Source of the DNA: Barthelona sp. PCE
Taxonomy: Eukaryota
Direction of reading: 5' to 3'
NCBI GenBank assembly: GCA_040285745.1
Contig: JAUFOR010000002.1
Coordinates: forward strand, 496,001 to 560,000
DNA: 64,000 bases
In this document: positions 26,927 through 37,211 of the stretch, piece after piece
How positions within the stretch are numbered: position 1 is the stretch's first letter
Layout: the number at the start of each line of letters is the position of its first letter
The notes under the pieces: generated by a model
What the model was told of the DNA's origin: nothing
Database searches by the model: none
What the model saw: only the letters and a program-made list of their open reading frames with translations
Program-made: the position numbers and the translations under genes

Positions 26927-28972
26927 ATGCCAAGAGCTTTAAATAATTCATACTCTATGTTTGGTGCACCGGGGCTGTTTGTTGAAAAAGCTTTTAACTC
27001 AAGTCTCATCATTGTGGAGAAGGAGAATGTTGATCCTTACCCATCACCTAATTTCGTCAGAAAAATCAAGCGGAAGGCTCCCAATGATTGTTTTAAAAGA
27101 GTTATGTGTGATAATTCTTTGTATTACACATTTATAGGAAGAAGCATTGAATTTATGTCAATCACAGATGACGGATGGGAGATCGAAAAGACAATACACG
27201 TCAATCTTCAACAACTCAGCGACATTATGCAACTGGAAATTGATGTATGGGAATTTTACACACTAATCTGTGTCTCTCCCACTGTATTTCTTATGTGCTA
27301 TCACCACCGTTTCAATGACTTTAAGATATCCCTCATAGACATCGAAAGCTTGGAAGTGTACGCATTCAAAGAATTCAATTACAAAATTTTTAGACAGTGT
27401 TACAGCACATCTTGTTCAGGAATGTTATTGCTTGAGAACAGAAGTCATAATGAATATTTCATGCTCACATTCAAACAAGGAGATTTTTCTATTACTGATG
27501 GACCAAGCTTGGAAGAGAATTGTATATCACTGCACAATTATTTCCCCTCTTCTTTTGATGGAATCATATCAGTTGTTCCATTCATTAACATTGATTACTG
27601 CTGCATGGTATTATCTCATGATGGCTTGACAACTGGTATGCTCTTAATTGGTCAAGGTGAAGTTATTGATATAGCTAATATTTTTGATTGTGTTGTTGGA
27701 CAAAAGCAGGCATATGACATAACTGCACAAATACATTGCTTCACCGATCAACGTATTCATTTTGTGTTACATAGAGCCAACAACTCGGTTCACATTGTCA
27801 AAGACAGAAATGAATGTAATTATTTTGAAGTCAATCATCATACAACATTAAACAATTACACTTTGTGCAAGACAACAACAAATGTCGTGTTATCTGAGTT
27901 TGATTTTGTTGAAAAAGACTGGGTGGAGATAATTTCTTATAAGACGAAGAAAATGCCACTTGTATTTCAAATGAACAGTCGTTCTGTCATCACAACCATT
28001 GATGTTGGTACTTTTAAGCGGTTCACCAATGAAAAGCTCTTGATGTTTAGCAAAAAATGTGCAATGTGTTTGGACTTCAAAAACAATGTTACTCACATCA
28101 TTCCAAATCAAGCCTTAAGCGATTCGTCCGAGCCAACTCAAATCTACCACTGTTTTGTTGATGATGATCATATTTTGAGCTGGAATGGGAAGAATGGTTT
28201 CAACAGCACTTGTCTCACTGATTTTTCAACAGAGATTATTGATGTTGAAGATAATCCATCAAGCTTCTTTCCATCCGACACGCCTAATTCGAGCAAATGT
28301 TTGTTTGTAGAAGAAGAAAATTTGATGGGTAGCACTGTATTAATTAATTACAAATTGGACGCAGTACTATCTGATGCAGAGTCACCTAATTTAATATCTT
28401 TCAATCAATTCTTCCTGGCGTCTTATGTCAATGATGCTGTTGTGGTTCAGCACAAACATGGTATTATATTTAAGTGTCTGAAAACAGAAACCATTGTATC
28501 GAGTGATTTTTACTGTGATGGAGTACGTTTTGTTGTTGTGAACCCTTACAATACGAGTATTTTTGTTATTATAACTTTGACAGAGATATTTCTTTTTGAG
28601 GTAGATTTTAACAATAATTCTATCATTAAAGCTAGTGAAACGGATTTCAATTATGATGGAAAGCATTTTATGGCCAGTTGGATATCACCAACTAAAATAT
28701 TATTACTTAACCATGGAAAGGTAAAAACTTTTGATATTACTACTTGTCAATTGAGTATTCTTGAATTAGAAGATGTTAAAAATCCTGAAACTTACACATT
28801 CTTTAACAACTCCGACTCTACAATGACTGCATTTAAGCATATTGAAGATGAGAACGTTTTGGAACGAATCGATATTGATTGTGATGGGCAGAGCTTCGAT
28901 ATTATTTCTCGTAAAACCATTCCATTAATTGATTTACTGTGTAGTTCTACGGTCAACATAAAGGGAAAATAA
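26927..28972 (+). CDS. Hypothetical beta-rich protein
   Basis: About 680-aa ORF, no recognised motif. First ATG at 26927. Confidence 0.6.
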   Translation: MPRALNNSYSMFGAPGLFVEKAFNSSLIIVEKENVDPYPSPNFVRKIKRKAPNDCFKRVMCDNSLYYTFIGRSIEFMSITDDGWEIEKTIHVNLQQLSDIMQLEIDVWEFYTLICVSPTVFLMCYHHRFNDFKISLIDIESLEVYAFKEFNYKIFRQCYSTSCSGMLLLENRSHNEYFMLTFKQGDFSITDGPSLEENCISLHNYFPSSFDGIISVVPFINIDYCCMVLSHDGLTTGMLLIGQGEVIDIANIFDCVVGQKQAYDITAQIHCFTDQRIHFVLHRANNSVHIVKDRNECNYFEVNHHTTLNNYTLCKTTTNVVLSEFDFVEKDWVEIISYKTKKMPLVFQMNSRSVITTIDVGTFKRFTNEKLLMFSKKCAMCLDFKNNVTHIIPNQALSDSSEPTQIYHCFVDDDHILSWNGKNGFNSTCLTDFSTEIIDVEDNPSSFFPSDTPNSSKCLFVEEENLMGSTVLINYKLDAVLSDAESPNLISFNQFFLASYVNDAVVVQHKHGIIFKCLKTETIVSSDFYCDGVRFVVVNPYNTSIFVIITLTEIFLFEVDFNNNSIIKASETDFNYDGKHFMASWISPTKILLLNHGKVKTFDITTCQLSILELEDVKNPETYTFFNNSDSTMTAFKHIEDENVLERIDIDCDGQSFDIISRKTIPLIDLLCSSTVNIKGK

Positions 28973-29037
28973 TTTTGAAGGGAAATCTTGGGTAATGCGA
29001 AGTTTTTTTTTGTTTTCATTTTTTTCTGCTTTAATCA

Positions 29038-30834
29038 ATGGGGACTCCACAACAGGACTTGCCTCCGGCACCACGGAGGCGTTTGGGCACGAAAAGGGGC
29101 TCCATTTGTGATAATACCCTTATTTTTCGGAATATCAACTCTTCAACATTGGAAGGTGTAATTCAATTTTGTATGCATATATATGTACACGAGGACGTGC
29201 CTGACGCCGGATTCTTTAACCAATCGATTGATCTTATCGATTTGTTATTGGCAGCCAGTTATTTCGAAATTTCAGATCTGGTGCTCTACGTTTCAAAGAT
29301 GATTTCAACACATTTAATACTGGATGAATCCGTTCTACGCCGTCTACCGACAGATCTTGCTGAAGAGATTATCGTAGCAGCAGATCCTATCAGTCTTTTC
29401 GACCGGACCTGTCTAACCAGTGATCACTATCGTATTCTGTGTTACAAGCACTTCAACATCATGTTATCCAGTCCAGAGAACAATATTGACGACAGTAACT
29501 CACCTCAGTTATTCCCAGATAGCCCCATCCCATCTGTTCAGAAATACATTGTCAAACACACCACTCCTCGCTCGATTGAGATGGATCGCAGTTTGAGCGT
29601 GTCACCGTGGGTATCGGAGACACCACAGCTTCTGACACCAAAAAAGAACATTAACATGAGTGTTGATCAGCTGAAATCTCTCCATGCTGATGCGTCTTTT
29701 AATTATAAGACTCTGTTCTTCTCTCTAACGTTGGAATATGCCATATCATCGCTCTCCGCAGTGCCAACAAATGATGAACTGTCCAAAATTAGGGAGCTCA
29801 TGCTTGTTGTTTCACCTTTAATCACAAAGCTAACTGTTGTACATGAGAGTGCTGATGTTGTAAGCTCAATCACGACAGTTGCGCTTGAGATTTTAAGCGA
29901 GCTTGTATGGCTTGATATCAGTAAGAATAGATTAACAAAAAACTCGATCTCTCCCATCATTGATGCACTTATCAACTCCAACATTTACAGACTCAATGTA
30001 GGTAATAATAGATTGGCAGTAGACGGTGCCAGAGAGCTTGCAAGGTTCATCACATCAAGTAGCCACTTGTCAGTGTTACATGCTGAACATAACTGTTTGG
30101 GACCCGAAGGTGTTCGGGTGTTATCTTTTGCAATCAGTAAGTCAACGTCCATCCGCAAGGTCAGTATAGGTTATAACCAGGCACGTCCCAGTGGTGCACA
30201 TGCTCTTTATCGCTCTCTTTACGACCATCACACTTTGGAGGTTTTGGACATTGGAACAAACTATTTTGGTGATGTTGGAGCAGGCTACATTGCTAAACTC
30301 ATTGAATCAAACACCAGCTTACGGTATATTCGTGTCTGGGACAGTTCTATGAGCGAAAATGGTGGCCATCATTTAGTTCGAGCTCTGGAGAAGAACTACG
30401 ATCTCATTGATCTTGGTCTTGGCCAGTCTTCGCTATCTCAGGCTGACAGTGAGCACCTTCAGCTTTTGTTGCGCCGCAACCGTGATGCTTCTCTCAAAGG
30501 CACACTAACTTTTGATGAATATAGTGAACGTCGGTCACGTGAGGTAAGGCAGCTTTACGGTGCAGACTCTGTGTTTAGCGATATCTGGTACATTATTGAT
30601 GAGAAGTGGTTGAGCAAATGGCGCTCTTTCGTTGCACCAAATTCAACCAAACCACCACCAGGTCCAATCACGAATTCTCGGCTCGTGAATTACAATGGAG
30701 AAATTCGACCTGGTCTGAAAAAACTCTCAGATTATCGTGGTTTATGCCCACAAGTTTACTATTTATTTGTTGAAATTTATGGTATCGATGGACCAACTAT
30801 TGTGAGAACCAATATAGACATATATCAAGAATAA
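29038..30834 (+). CDS. BTB/Skp1-like + RNI-like LRR + DUSP domain protein
   Basis: NINSSTLEGVIQFC...LIDLLLAASYFEI (BTB/Skp1). LRRs LDISKNRL, LNVGNNRL, LDIGTNYFGDVGA. WYIIDEKWLSKWRSFV...PPGPITNSRL...DY...YG (DUSP). Confidence 0.8.
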   Translation: MGTPQQDLPPAPRRRLGTKRGSICDNTLIFRNINSSTLEGVIQFCMHIYVHEDVPDAGFFNQSIDLIDLLLAASYFEISDLVLYVSKMISTHLILDESVLRRLPTDLAEEIIVAADPISLFDRTCLTSDHYRILCYKHFNIMLSSPENNIDDSNSPQLFPDSPIPSVQKYIVKHTTPRSIEMDRSLSVSPWVSETPQLLTPKKNINMSVDQLKSLHADASFNYKTLFFSLTLEYAISSLSAVPTNDELSKIRELMLVVSPLITKLTVVHESADVVSSITTVALEILSELVWLDISKNRLTKNSISPIIDALINSNIYRLNVGNNRLAVDGARELARFITSSSHLSVLHAEHNCLGPEGVRVLSFAISKSTSIRKVSIGYNQARPSGAHALYRSLYDHHTLEVLDIGTNYFGDVGAGYIAKLIESNTSLRYIRVWDSSMSENGGHHLVRALEKNYDLIDLGLGQSSLSQADSEHLQLLLRRNRDASLKGTLTFDEYSERRSREVRQLYGADSVFSDIWYIIDEKWLSKWRSFVAPNSTKPPPGPITNSRLVNYNGEIRPGLKKLSDYRGLCPQVYYLFVEIYGIDGPTIVRTNIDIYQE

Positions 30835-30840
30835 AATTTT

Positions 30841-31725
30841 TCAAAAATTTCCAAGATCAAACGATGAAAATGGATCAACAAACGTTTGTCTTCTCAAATG
30901 ATCTTCCTCACTATCAACTAGATATGTTGTCTGCACTGTTGTCCGTCGTTCTTCCCGTGTATACTGATGCGATGTTTCAATCTGATTGAGAGGATCCGAT
31001 CTAGTATAAAATCCATGCAACAAACCGTACATATCATGCATTTGTTTTATATGAAGAACATGCAGAAACAGTAAGCTACTATATAACTCCTCACACTTCA
31101 ATCTGAGTTGATTAGCGTCATTAAAAGGTATCTGCGTAAAATCAACCTCACGTTCCTGTCTTGCGCTTAATTCGAGTTCCAAAACTAATAAATTTGTGAT
31201 ACACTTTCCAAGATACGGCTCTTCGAGTAAGCCTGTGTGCATCATGATCTCAGTGATGACTCCCTGTCGGTTTATGAAAAGATTCTTCAACTCAAGTAAG
31301 GTAGTATACCTTAACCAAGGTAGAATATAGTGTCTTTTCATCTTTAGAATTTGTTTCGTCGATAGCTTTGAGTTTTCGACAAATAATGTATTACATTCTG
31401 TTCGGTATTCATCAAAATTATCGTCATAGTAAGCAAAAAAACTGATTATATCATACCCTATCATCTCAAGGAAGACCGAGCTACTTAAGGCAAGACGTTT
31501 TCCCTGCAGATCTGTTGCATGACTTCCTCTGATAATAAAAAGTAAAACTAGAATAAGGAAATGAAAAATTGGTGTAAACGCCAAACTCAACAGTAAAAGA
31601 TGAATTTCATCAACATATGTTGTATCAAAAATCAGTGTAAGGAAATAAGCCCCAAGAAAACCAGAAAGAAGGAAGATAATAGGAAGAAACACATTCAAAA
31701 GGGTTGTCCTTCGTTTATAATTCAT
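30841..31725 (-). CDS. Hypothetical protein with two N-terminal TM helices
   Basis: 294-aa ORF, two hydrophobic segments at the N-terminus. Confidence 0.6.
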   Translation of the reverse strand: MNYKRRTTLLNVFLPIIFLLSGFLGAYFLTLIFDTTYVDEIHLLLLSLAFTPIFHFLILVLLFIIRGSHATDLQGKRLALSSSVFLEMIGYDIISFFAYYDDNFDEYRTECNTLFVENSKLSTKQILKMKRHYILPWLRYTTLLELKNLFINRQGVITEIMMHTGLLEEPYLGKCITNLLVLELELSARQEREVDFTQIPFNDANQLRLKCEELYSSLLFLHVLHIKQMHDMYGLLHGFYTRSDPLNQIETSHQYTREERRTTVQTTYLVDSEEDHLRRQTFVDPFSSFDLGNF

Positions 31726-31955
31726 AATATTAATCTGTGAATAGAAAATACGCCCTATTTATGCAAAAAAATATTCCGAAATGGCAAGAAAAACCTACAG
31801 CAAAATGAAAACTTAACCGTAGAATTACCATATTTCCTTTTAATTTGTGGCACATTAAGGTATTTAAAGGAAAGTGCTGTAGTTAGAAAACTCCTAAAAC
31901 ATTTTTCACATGTTTTACATTTTCTCATCCTTTTCTTCATTTGGGGCATCAGTTT

Positions 31956-34631
31956 ATGCAGGAAGTAACCGATTGGTCCGAGTACCAGCTGTATGCACAC
32001 TTAATGTATCTATATAACCTCACATTTAGTCAATTGAAAAAATTCCCTCCCATTCCCCCGAAACCAGAGCCAGTACTGATCACATGGGACCCTCTGGTGG
32101 AGTCAGATAAACCAAAGACAGAGGAACCCACATCAAGCACACCAAAGGTAAGAAAGTTTGATCCTTTAGCTGCCATGCGTAATAGTGCAAGAGCTGAAGC
32201 AACAAAACAGTTCTACTTTCGGTCTGATTTACACTTTGAACTACCATCCCCTGAAAGTTTCGAGATAGGATCACAAGACGAACGAAGCAGTTATTTCATG
32301 ATGAGACTTGATGAACTTGATCTTTCCTCAGTTTCTAATGAAGAAGTCCTTGATCTCAAATCCCTCCACAACCGTGTACAGAACTATTGGAGTGGGGACC
32401 GTAAGATATTTGCTCTCAAACTTGTTATTCATTCTATCAAGAACTTTGGAGCTGCAGGAACAGAAAACATCGAGATCTTACCTCGTGTTTTCTCATATAT
32501 CGTTCGTTCATTAGATGAATTTGCAAAATTAGTGAGAGAACGTTTAATTCAAACAGCTAATAAGCATCTATCACCATCAAAACTTCCTGATTTGTTTTCA
32601 GTCACAGATATACCCCCTATCGTTCAAGAAATGGCAAAGAATTGGGTGAACAAGGTTAATACTATCAGAGAATTGGCACCCAGAGTTACACTTGAAGCAG
32701 CCTTATTGCCTTTATATCAGTTCACATCAGCTTTCGAAGATCCTATTGCTTTATTCACAAGATTACTCAAACAATGCCGAGGATTTGCAAACGTTGCCAT
32801 TGCTGTATACATGAGAATGTTCATTGTTCATGTAGGTATTGAGTCATTACAATCAGACTTGTTGAGTGAACATATCTTTGAAACGTTAAGGGACTCGCTT
32901 AGACAGTTGATTCGTGCAAAACAAGAGAATTCAATGCTTGTTTCTGAGGAATTCATTCATATTTACGATCATCCCTTCAAGTTGTTTGGTTTCGCACTGA
33001 AAAAGAACCAAAGGATCACGTCATTGCTCCCATTCTTCAAGCAACTACCGAGTAGCTATTTCGTGTCATTCATTTCGCAAATGCCAAGTGCAACTCTTGC
33101 AAAAATTTCAAAACCATGCTTGGATCTTATTTTAACCCTGGACCACTCTGTTGAACATCCCCTTTCGGCTGTACTTTACGAATTTTCTGGGCGTATTTCC
33201 AAAGCTGAGCTTGACGAACAGTCTGTTTCTTATATTGCAGAGACCCTCGTCTCAAAGTCACGCGAGTTTGAGGATCCCAATCAGATCATGGAGAGTTGCG
33301 CTGGCACAGTTGAGTTCTTGGTTGGCCATAATATCACTGCGAATGTCAAGCTTCTTTGTAAGACGATTGCTATTAACTTTTCGGATTCAAAGGATCGTTC
33401 TGAATTATTCAACGTAAAGAAGATGCTGTATGATGTTATTTCTGCTTCGAAGGATGTAACATTCTTGCTTTCACTTGATCCCTTTGTGGCTTTATTGAGC
33501 TTCCTTCCGACGGATTGGACTAGTGAACTCAGCATGTTATTATTGGAAAAACTTGACACTACACCTATTGAAGATCTCAAACATCGTGATAACCCAATTG
33601 TTATTCATTCCATTCTCAATTTTTCACGTATGATTGCAAAAACAACAGATTTTCTTAGTAACAAGGACAAAATGGTTTTAATTGAAGAACGTCTTTCCAA
33701 TGTGTTGTTAATTCCAGTGTTTAATAATATCAATGCGCAGTTGAACTTTTTGAGTGATTGTCGTCGAGAATTCCTTTCATTTGACTCAATTCAAGTAACA
33801 ATCCTCACACACCTTTTAGCAGTTATGGGTTCTATCAAGAGTACTGGAAAACGTCCTGTAAGTAAGGATGCTAACTTCCTTAAGGGTTGTCTAGCCTTCG
33901 TTGCGATATCAAGTCCCTCAGTAGCTAACTATCATGAACGATGCAAAATTCTTTCCTCAGCTTGTCACATTGCCTTATTACATGGTCTTGTATCACATGC
34001 TGAGGAATGTTGGGATCTTTTATTAAAGAATATCAAAGCTATGCCAGCTTACACACATGGCATTCAAGGTAAACAATCCACCTTATCACAGTTTAAAAAT
34101 ATTGTGAAGATGGCCTTAAGTCTTGTTCCCGTGCTACCTGTTGATGATATCAGTGAACCTCTTAAGCGTTATAGAGACCTTCTTGATTTTGTGACTGGTT
34201 CTGAGGCTCTTATTCAGGAGAAGTCTACGTTGAACTACACTGAAACTTCAACCTATGACATTGAAGTACGCATTGTTTTAGTTGATTTCTTAGGCGCTCT
34301 ATCAGGCTTAATACAGGATGACAGAGTCATGTACGAAGCAACTGAATGTAATGGAGCTATTTACGGTTCTTTAGACAAATATGTTAGCATGGTTGAACAA
34401 ACATTCAGAAGAGTTGTAGGTCGTGTACTAACTAAGCGTACATATTTAGGACCACTCACTGGTCAAGATGGCATGCTCATTGCTTTGCTGTTGGAGAAAG
34501 TTATGGCTTATTGCGAATTAGATGATGCTGCGCTGGATGTTTGTGGTAAATTTGTGGATATGGTTAATAGAACGGAACCAAGTGCGAGATCTAAACGAAT
34601 AGTCGCTGCATATCATTCCCTGATTCAATAA
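31956..34631 (+). CDS. VPS35L: VPS35-like retriever subunit (C16orf62); probable intron 31991-32029
   Basis: DPL motifs, W..DRKIFALKLVI, LDEFAKLVRERL, AKNWVNKVNTIRELAPRVTLEAALL, KGCLAFVAISSPSV. Confidence 0.8.
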   Translation: MQEVTDWSEYQLYAHLMYLYNLTFSQLKKFPPIPPKPEPVLITWDPLVESDKPKTEEPTSSTPKVRKFDPLAAMRNSARAEATKQFYFRSDLHFELPSPESFEIGSQDERSSYFMMRLDELDLSSVSNEEVLDLKSLHNRVQNYWSGDRKIFALKLVIHSIKNFGAAGTENIEILPRVFSYIVRSLDEFAKLVRERLIQTANKHLSPSKLPDLFSVTDIPPIVQEMAKNWVNKVNTIRELAPRVTLEAALLPLYQFTSAFEDPIALFTRLLKQCRGFANVAIAVYMRMFIVHVGIESLQSDLLSEHIFETLRDSLRQLIRAKQENSMLVSEEFIHIYDHPFKLFGFALKKNQRITSLLPFFKQLPSSYFVSFISQMPSATLAKISKPCLDLILTLDHSVEHPLSAVLYEFSGRISKAELDEQSVSYIAETLVSKSREFEDPNQIMESCAGTVEFLVGHNITANVKLLCKTIAINFSDSKDRSELFNVKKMLYDVISASKDVTFLLSLDPFVALLSFLPTDWTSELSMLLLEKLDTTPIEDLKHRDNPIVIHSILNFSRMIAKTTDFLSNKDKMVLIEERLSNVLLIPVFNNINAQLNFLSDCRREFLSFDSIQVTILTHLLAVMGSIKSTGKRPVSKDANFLKGCLAFVAISSPSVANYHERCKILSSACHIALLHGLVSHAEECWDLLLKNIKAMPAYTHGIQGKQSTLSQFKNIVKMALSLVPVLPVDDISEPLKRYRDLLDFVTGSEALIQEKSTLNYTETSTYDIEVRIVLVDFLGALSGLIQDDRVMYEATECNGAIYGSLDKYVSMVEQTFRRVVGRVLTKRTYLGPLTGQDGMLIALLLEKVMAYCELDDAALDVCGKFVDMVNRTEPSARSKRIVAAYHSLIQ
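31991..32029 (+). other. Probable in-frame spliceosomal intron, 39 nt (VPS35L)
   Basis: GTATGC...CCTCACATTTAG, same donor and fixed branch-to-AG spacing as the other three introns, 35 nt after ATG. Confidence 0.7.
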
Positions 34632-34704
34632 ATAGTAATATATATATAAATTATTAGAAACTAAAATGATCTTTTATTACTACTATAAACACAATGAATA
34701 ACTA

Positions 34705-37131
34705 TCATAACTGAGTATCAATATCTCTTGTAACCGTTAAGAAAACATCTTCCAATGTTGATGGTGACATATTCCAATAACGAATATAATCTTTAAGAGG
34801 ACCTTCTTCAACGCAATCACGAACCAACCCAAACAATACTGCAAGTTGCTTATGAGTGATATCAACACGCCAAACAAACACAGAGTTAGCTCTGTCCACC
34901 AGAAAACTGGAAAAATCAGCAAGAATGGGATTAAGATGATGCATGATCACACTTTCATCAACATCATCCTTAACAGCTATTTCTAATTTCATTCCCTTAT
35001 TATACTTCTTCTTCAAATCACTGATTTGACCAACAGCTCTGACATTACCGTCAGCAAGGATGACACATTTATCAGCCAACAGTTCAATATCGCTTAAACA
35101 ATGGGAACTGATTACGATAGCGCAACGACGCGATTGAAGACGTACAATCTCTCTAATTTTATCCTTAAGATCGATGGATATTGAACTTAAGGGTTCATCA
35201 AGCAACAATACATCAGGGCCTGAAACAAGACTGATAGCAAGCATTAAACAACGTTGCAAACCACCAGAAAGTGCAGAAGCAAGCTTATAACGTTCGTTCA
35301 ATAATGAACATACTCGAAGAGCTGCCTCTACGAAACTTGCACGTGATGCTCCATCAACACTCTTCAAAATAGCAAACATATAAAGAGTTTCTTCAACAGT
35401 TAAATCTTCATAGTTTGCGTTATCCTGCGGAAGTAATCCAACACGTGTTCTAAAGAATGCTTCGTTTTGTTGAGTAATTTCAACATCCTTAAAGAAAACC
35501 TTACCACGTGTTCTTGGGTGAAGATTCAAAACAGAATTGATGAGTGTAGTTTTACCAGCACCTGAAGGTCCAACTAAAGCAACAACACCATCTACTACAA
35601 AAGAAACATCATCAACAGCCACTTTAGGATCTGCATCATAAGGATTAAAAACTTTCCTAATATGTGACACCCGGAATTTGGCATTAGAGTTTGTTTCAGC
35701 TTCATGTACTTCTTTGATAATATCAGGGTTGGCCTGTGCTTCTAACTCTGAACGTGTAACAACTAAAGGTGTCAATAAAGAAGAATTGATACTCTTTGTA
35801 CTTCTCTTCCAAACACTTACAGGATTCCATTTTTCTGCAAAATCTCTCCACCCATTGGTTAAGAAAAGATGTACAAGACCCCAACAAATGCCGGCATCAA
35901 TTATACAACCTGCAATTGGATACCAGAAGTTGCCTTGAAGCAAAAACTTCCATCCCATTGTGTTGCTCTCAAAAGCACTGTTGTAAACACCATGAGTGAA
36001 TACATGAATGATATTGTACGACGGTAACCAAAATAGCTTAAATTTGTAATGTAAACCATACCAAATTTTGGAAATGCCACCCTGTTGAACATAATTAGCA
36101 ACGAATGAAGGAACGCCAAAACCATACATAATAGCAAACACAACAGAACCTTTTTTAAACATAACTCCAACTAAAACAGACAATGCAGATAAGCAAATAG
36201 AAGAAGCCAAAATTGAAATAATCCAAAAAACAACATTAATATTAAAAGGACGAATTTTAGAATAGTATGCATACAAAACAAATAGTGTATACACAATAAA
36301 TTGCACGATTGTGAAAACAATAACATTAGCAACAAAATAGGAACCACTCTTTAAGCCACTCAAACGCAATAACTCCAGCATTTTCGTCTTATAATCATTG
36401 CGAATAGTAAACGTATTCTGAACAAAAAGCATATGCAAACCGTAACTCAGTATTGATATGTACAAGAATAACATAGTACTGTTCATAATTTCATATGAAT
36501 CACGAGCAAATAACTGACCATCAAGAATATTTTTTAACTTAATGTCTTGAACACGTTCAAACACCCCTTTCATAATAGCTTTAACCATTTTCACAGGCGA
36601 TTCTTTAAAGTATGAACCGTAAAATTGGTAAGGCGATTTCATAACGATTAAATCCACTTTTTCATCATTGGCTTCAGAAATGGCAACAAACCCTCTAGAA
36701 GTATCATCAAAGTCATGAACAGTAAGATTCGTGGCCATTTCATCAAATGGAATCTTGGTCCAAAGTCCATGATTCAAATATTTGGTGTAATTACCAAACT
36801 CATATTCCAAACCATCTTTGTATGTATAAAAACCTTTCCTAGGTGTTGAACCAGGGTATGAATCAATAGTAGCATTCGAGAAATCTCTCATACTAAGATG
36901 AGGATCTTGTCCTGAAAGAGTAAGCATCAACATGAAATATAAAATGGGAAGAGCCAAGAAACAACACACTGCACATTTGTGACGCTTCAGCTGTTTGGTG
37001 TTCTTATATGCAATGCTCAAAATTTGAGCACGATCAACGATTTTTTTTTTGTAATTGAACTTCTTTGCAATTTTTGCGCTAGAAAGAGGGATATCCTCCA
37101 CGTTCTGCGATTCTATGTATTGATAACTCAT
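34705..37131 (-). CDS. ABCA-family half transporter (TMD + NBD)
   Basis: AVDDVSF, GPSGAGKTT, LSGGLQR, LLLDEP, SSH, TLEDVFL. Likely ATG at 37131. Confidence 0.88.
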   Translation of the reverse strand: MSYQYIESQNVEDIPLSSAKIAKKFNYKKKIVDRAQILSIAYKNTKQLKRHKCAVCCFLALPILYFMLMLTLSGQDPHLSMRDFSNATIDSYPGSTPRKGFYTYKDGLEYEFGNYTKYLNHGLWTKIPFDEMATNLTVHDFDDTSRGFVAISEANDEKVDLIVMKSPYQFYGSYFKESPVKMVKAIMKGVFERVQDIKLKNILDGQLFARDSYEIMNSTMLFLYISILSYGLHMLFVQNTFTIRNDYKTKMLELLRLSGLKSGSYFVANVIVFTIVQFIVYTLFVLYAYYSKIRPFNINVVFWIISILASSICLSALSVLVGVMFKKGSVVFAIMYGFGVPSFVANYVQQGGISKIWYGLHYKFKLFWLPSYNIIHVFTHGVYNSAFESNTMGWKFLLQGNFWYPIAGCIIDAGICWGLVHLFLTNGWRDFAEKWNPVSVWKRSTKSINSSLLTPLVVTRSELEAQANPDIIKEVHEAETNSNAKFRVSHIRKVFNPYDADPKVAVDDVSFVVDGVVALVGPSGAGKTTLINSVLNLHPRTRGKVFFKDVEITQQNEAFFRTRVGLLPQDNANYEDLTVEETLYMFAILKSVDGASRASFVEAALRVCSLLNERYKLASALSGGLQRCLMLAISLVSGPDVLLLDEPLSSISIDLKDKIREIVRLQSRRCAIVISSHCLSDIELLADKCVILADGNVRAVGQISDLKKKYNKGMKLEIAVKDDVDESVIMHHLNPILADFSSFLVDRANSVFVWRVDITHKQLAVLFGLVRDCVEEGPLKDYIRYWNMSPSTLEDVFLTVTRDIDTQL

Positions 37132-37211
37132 GAAAAGAGTACGAATAGCAAAAACAAGACACATCACAATTGCTACTCTATTCCTCAACTATATCATTCT
37201 TTTTGCTTCAT

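Noticed and set aside
31794-31884. 5S rRNA (ends resemble CTAC.GC / GTGCTGTAG)
   Set aside because: Only about 90 nt long and no internal 5S motifs.
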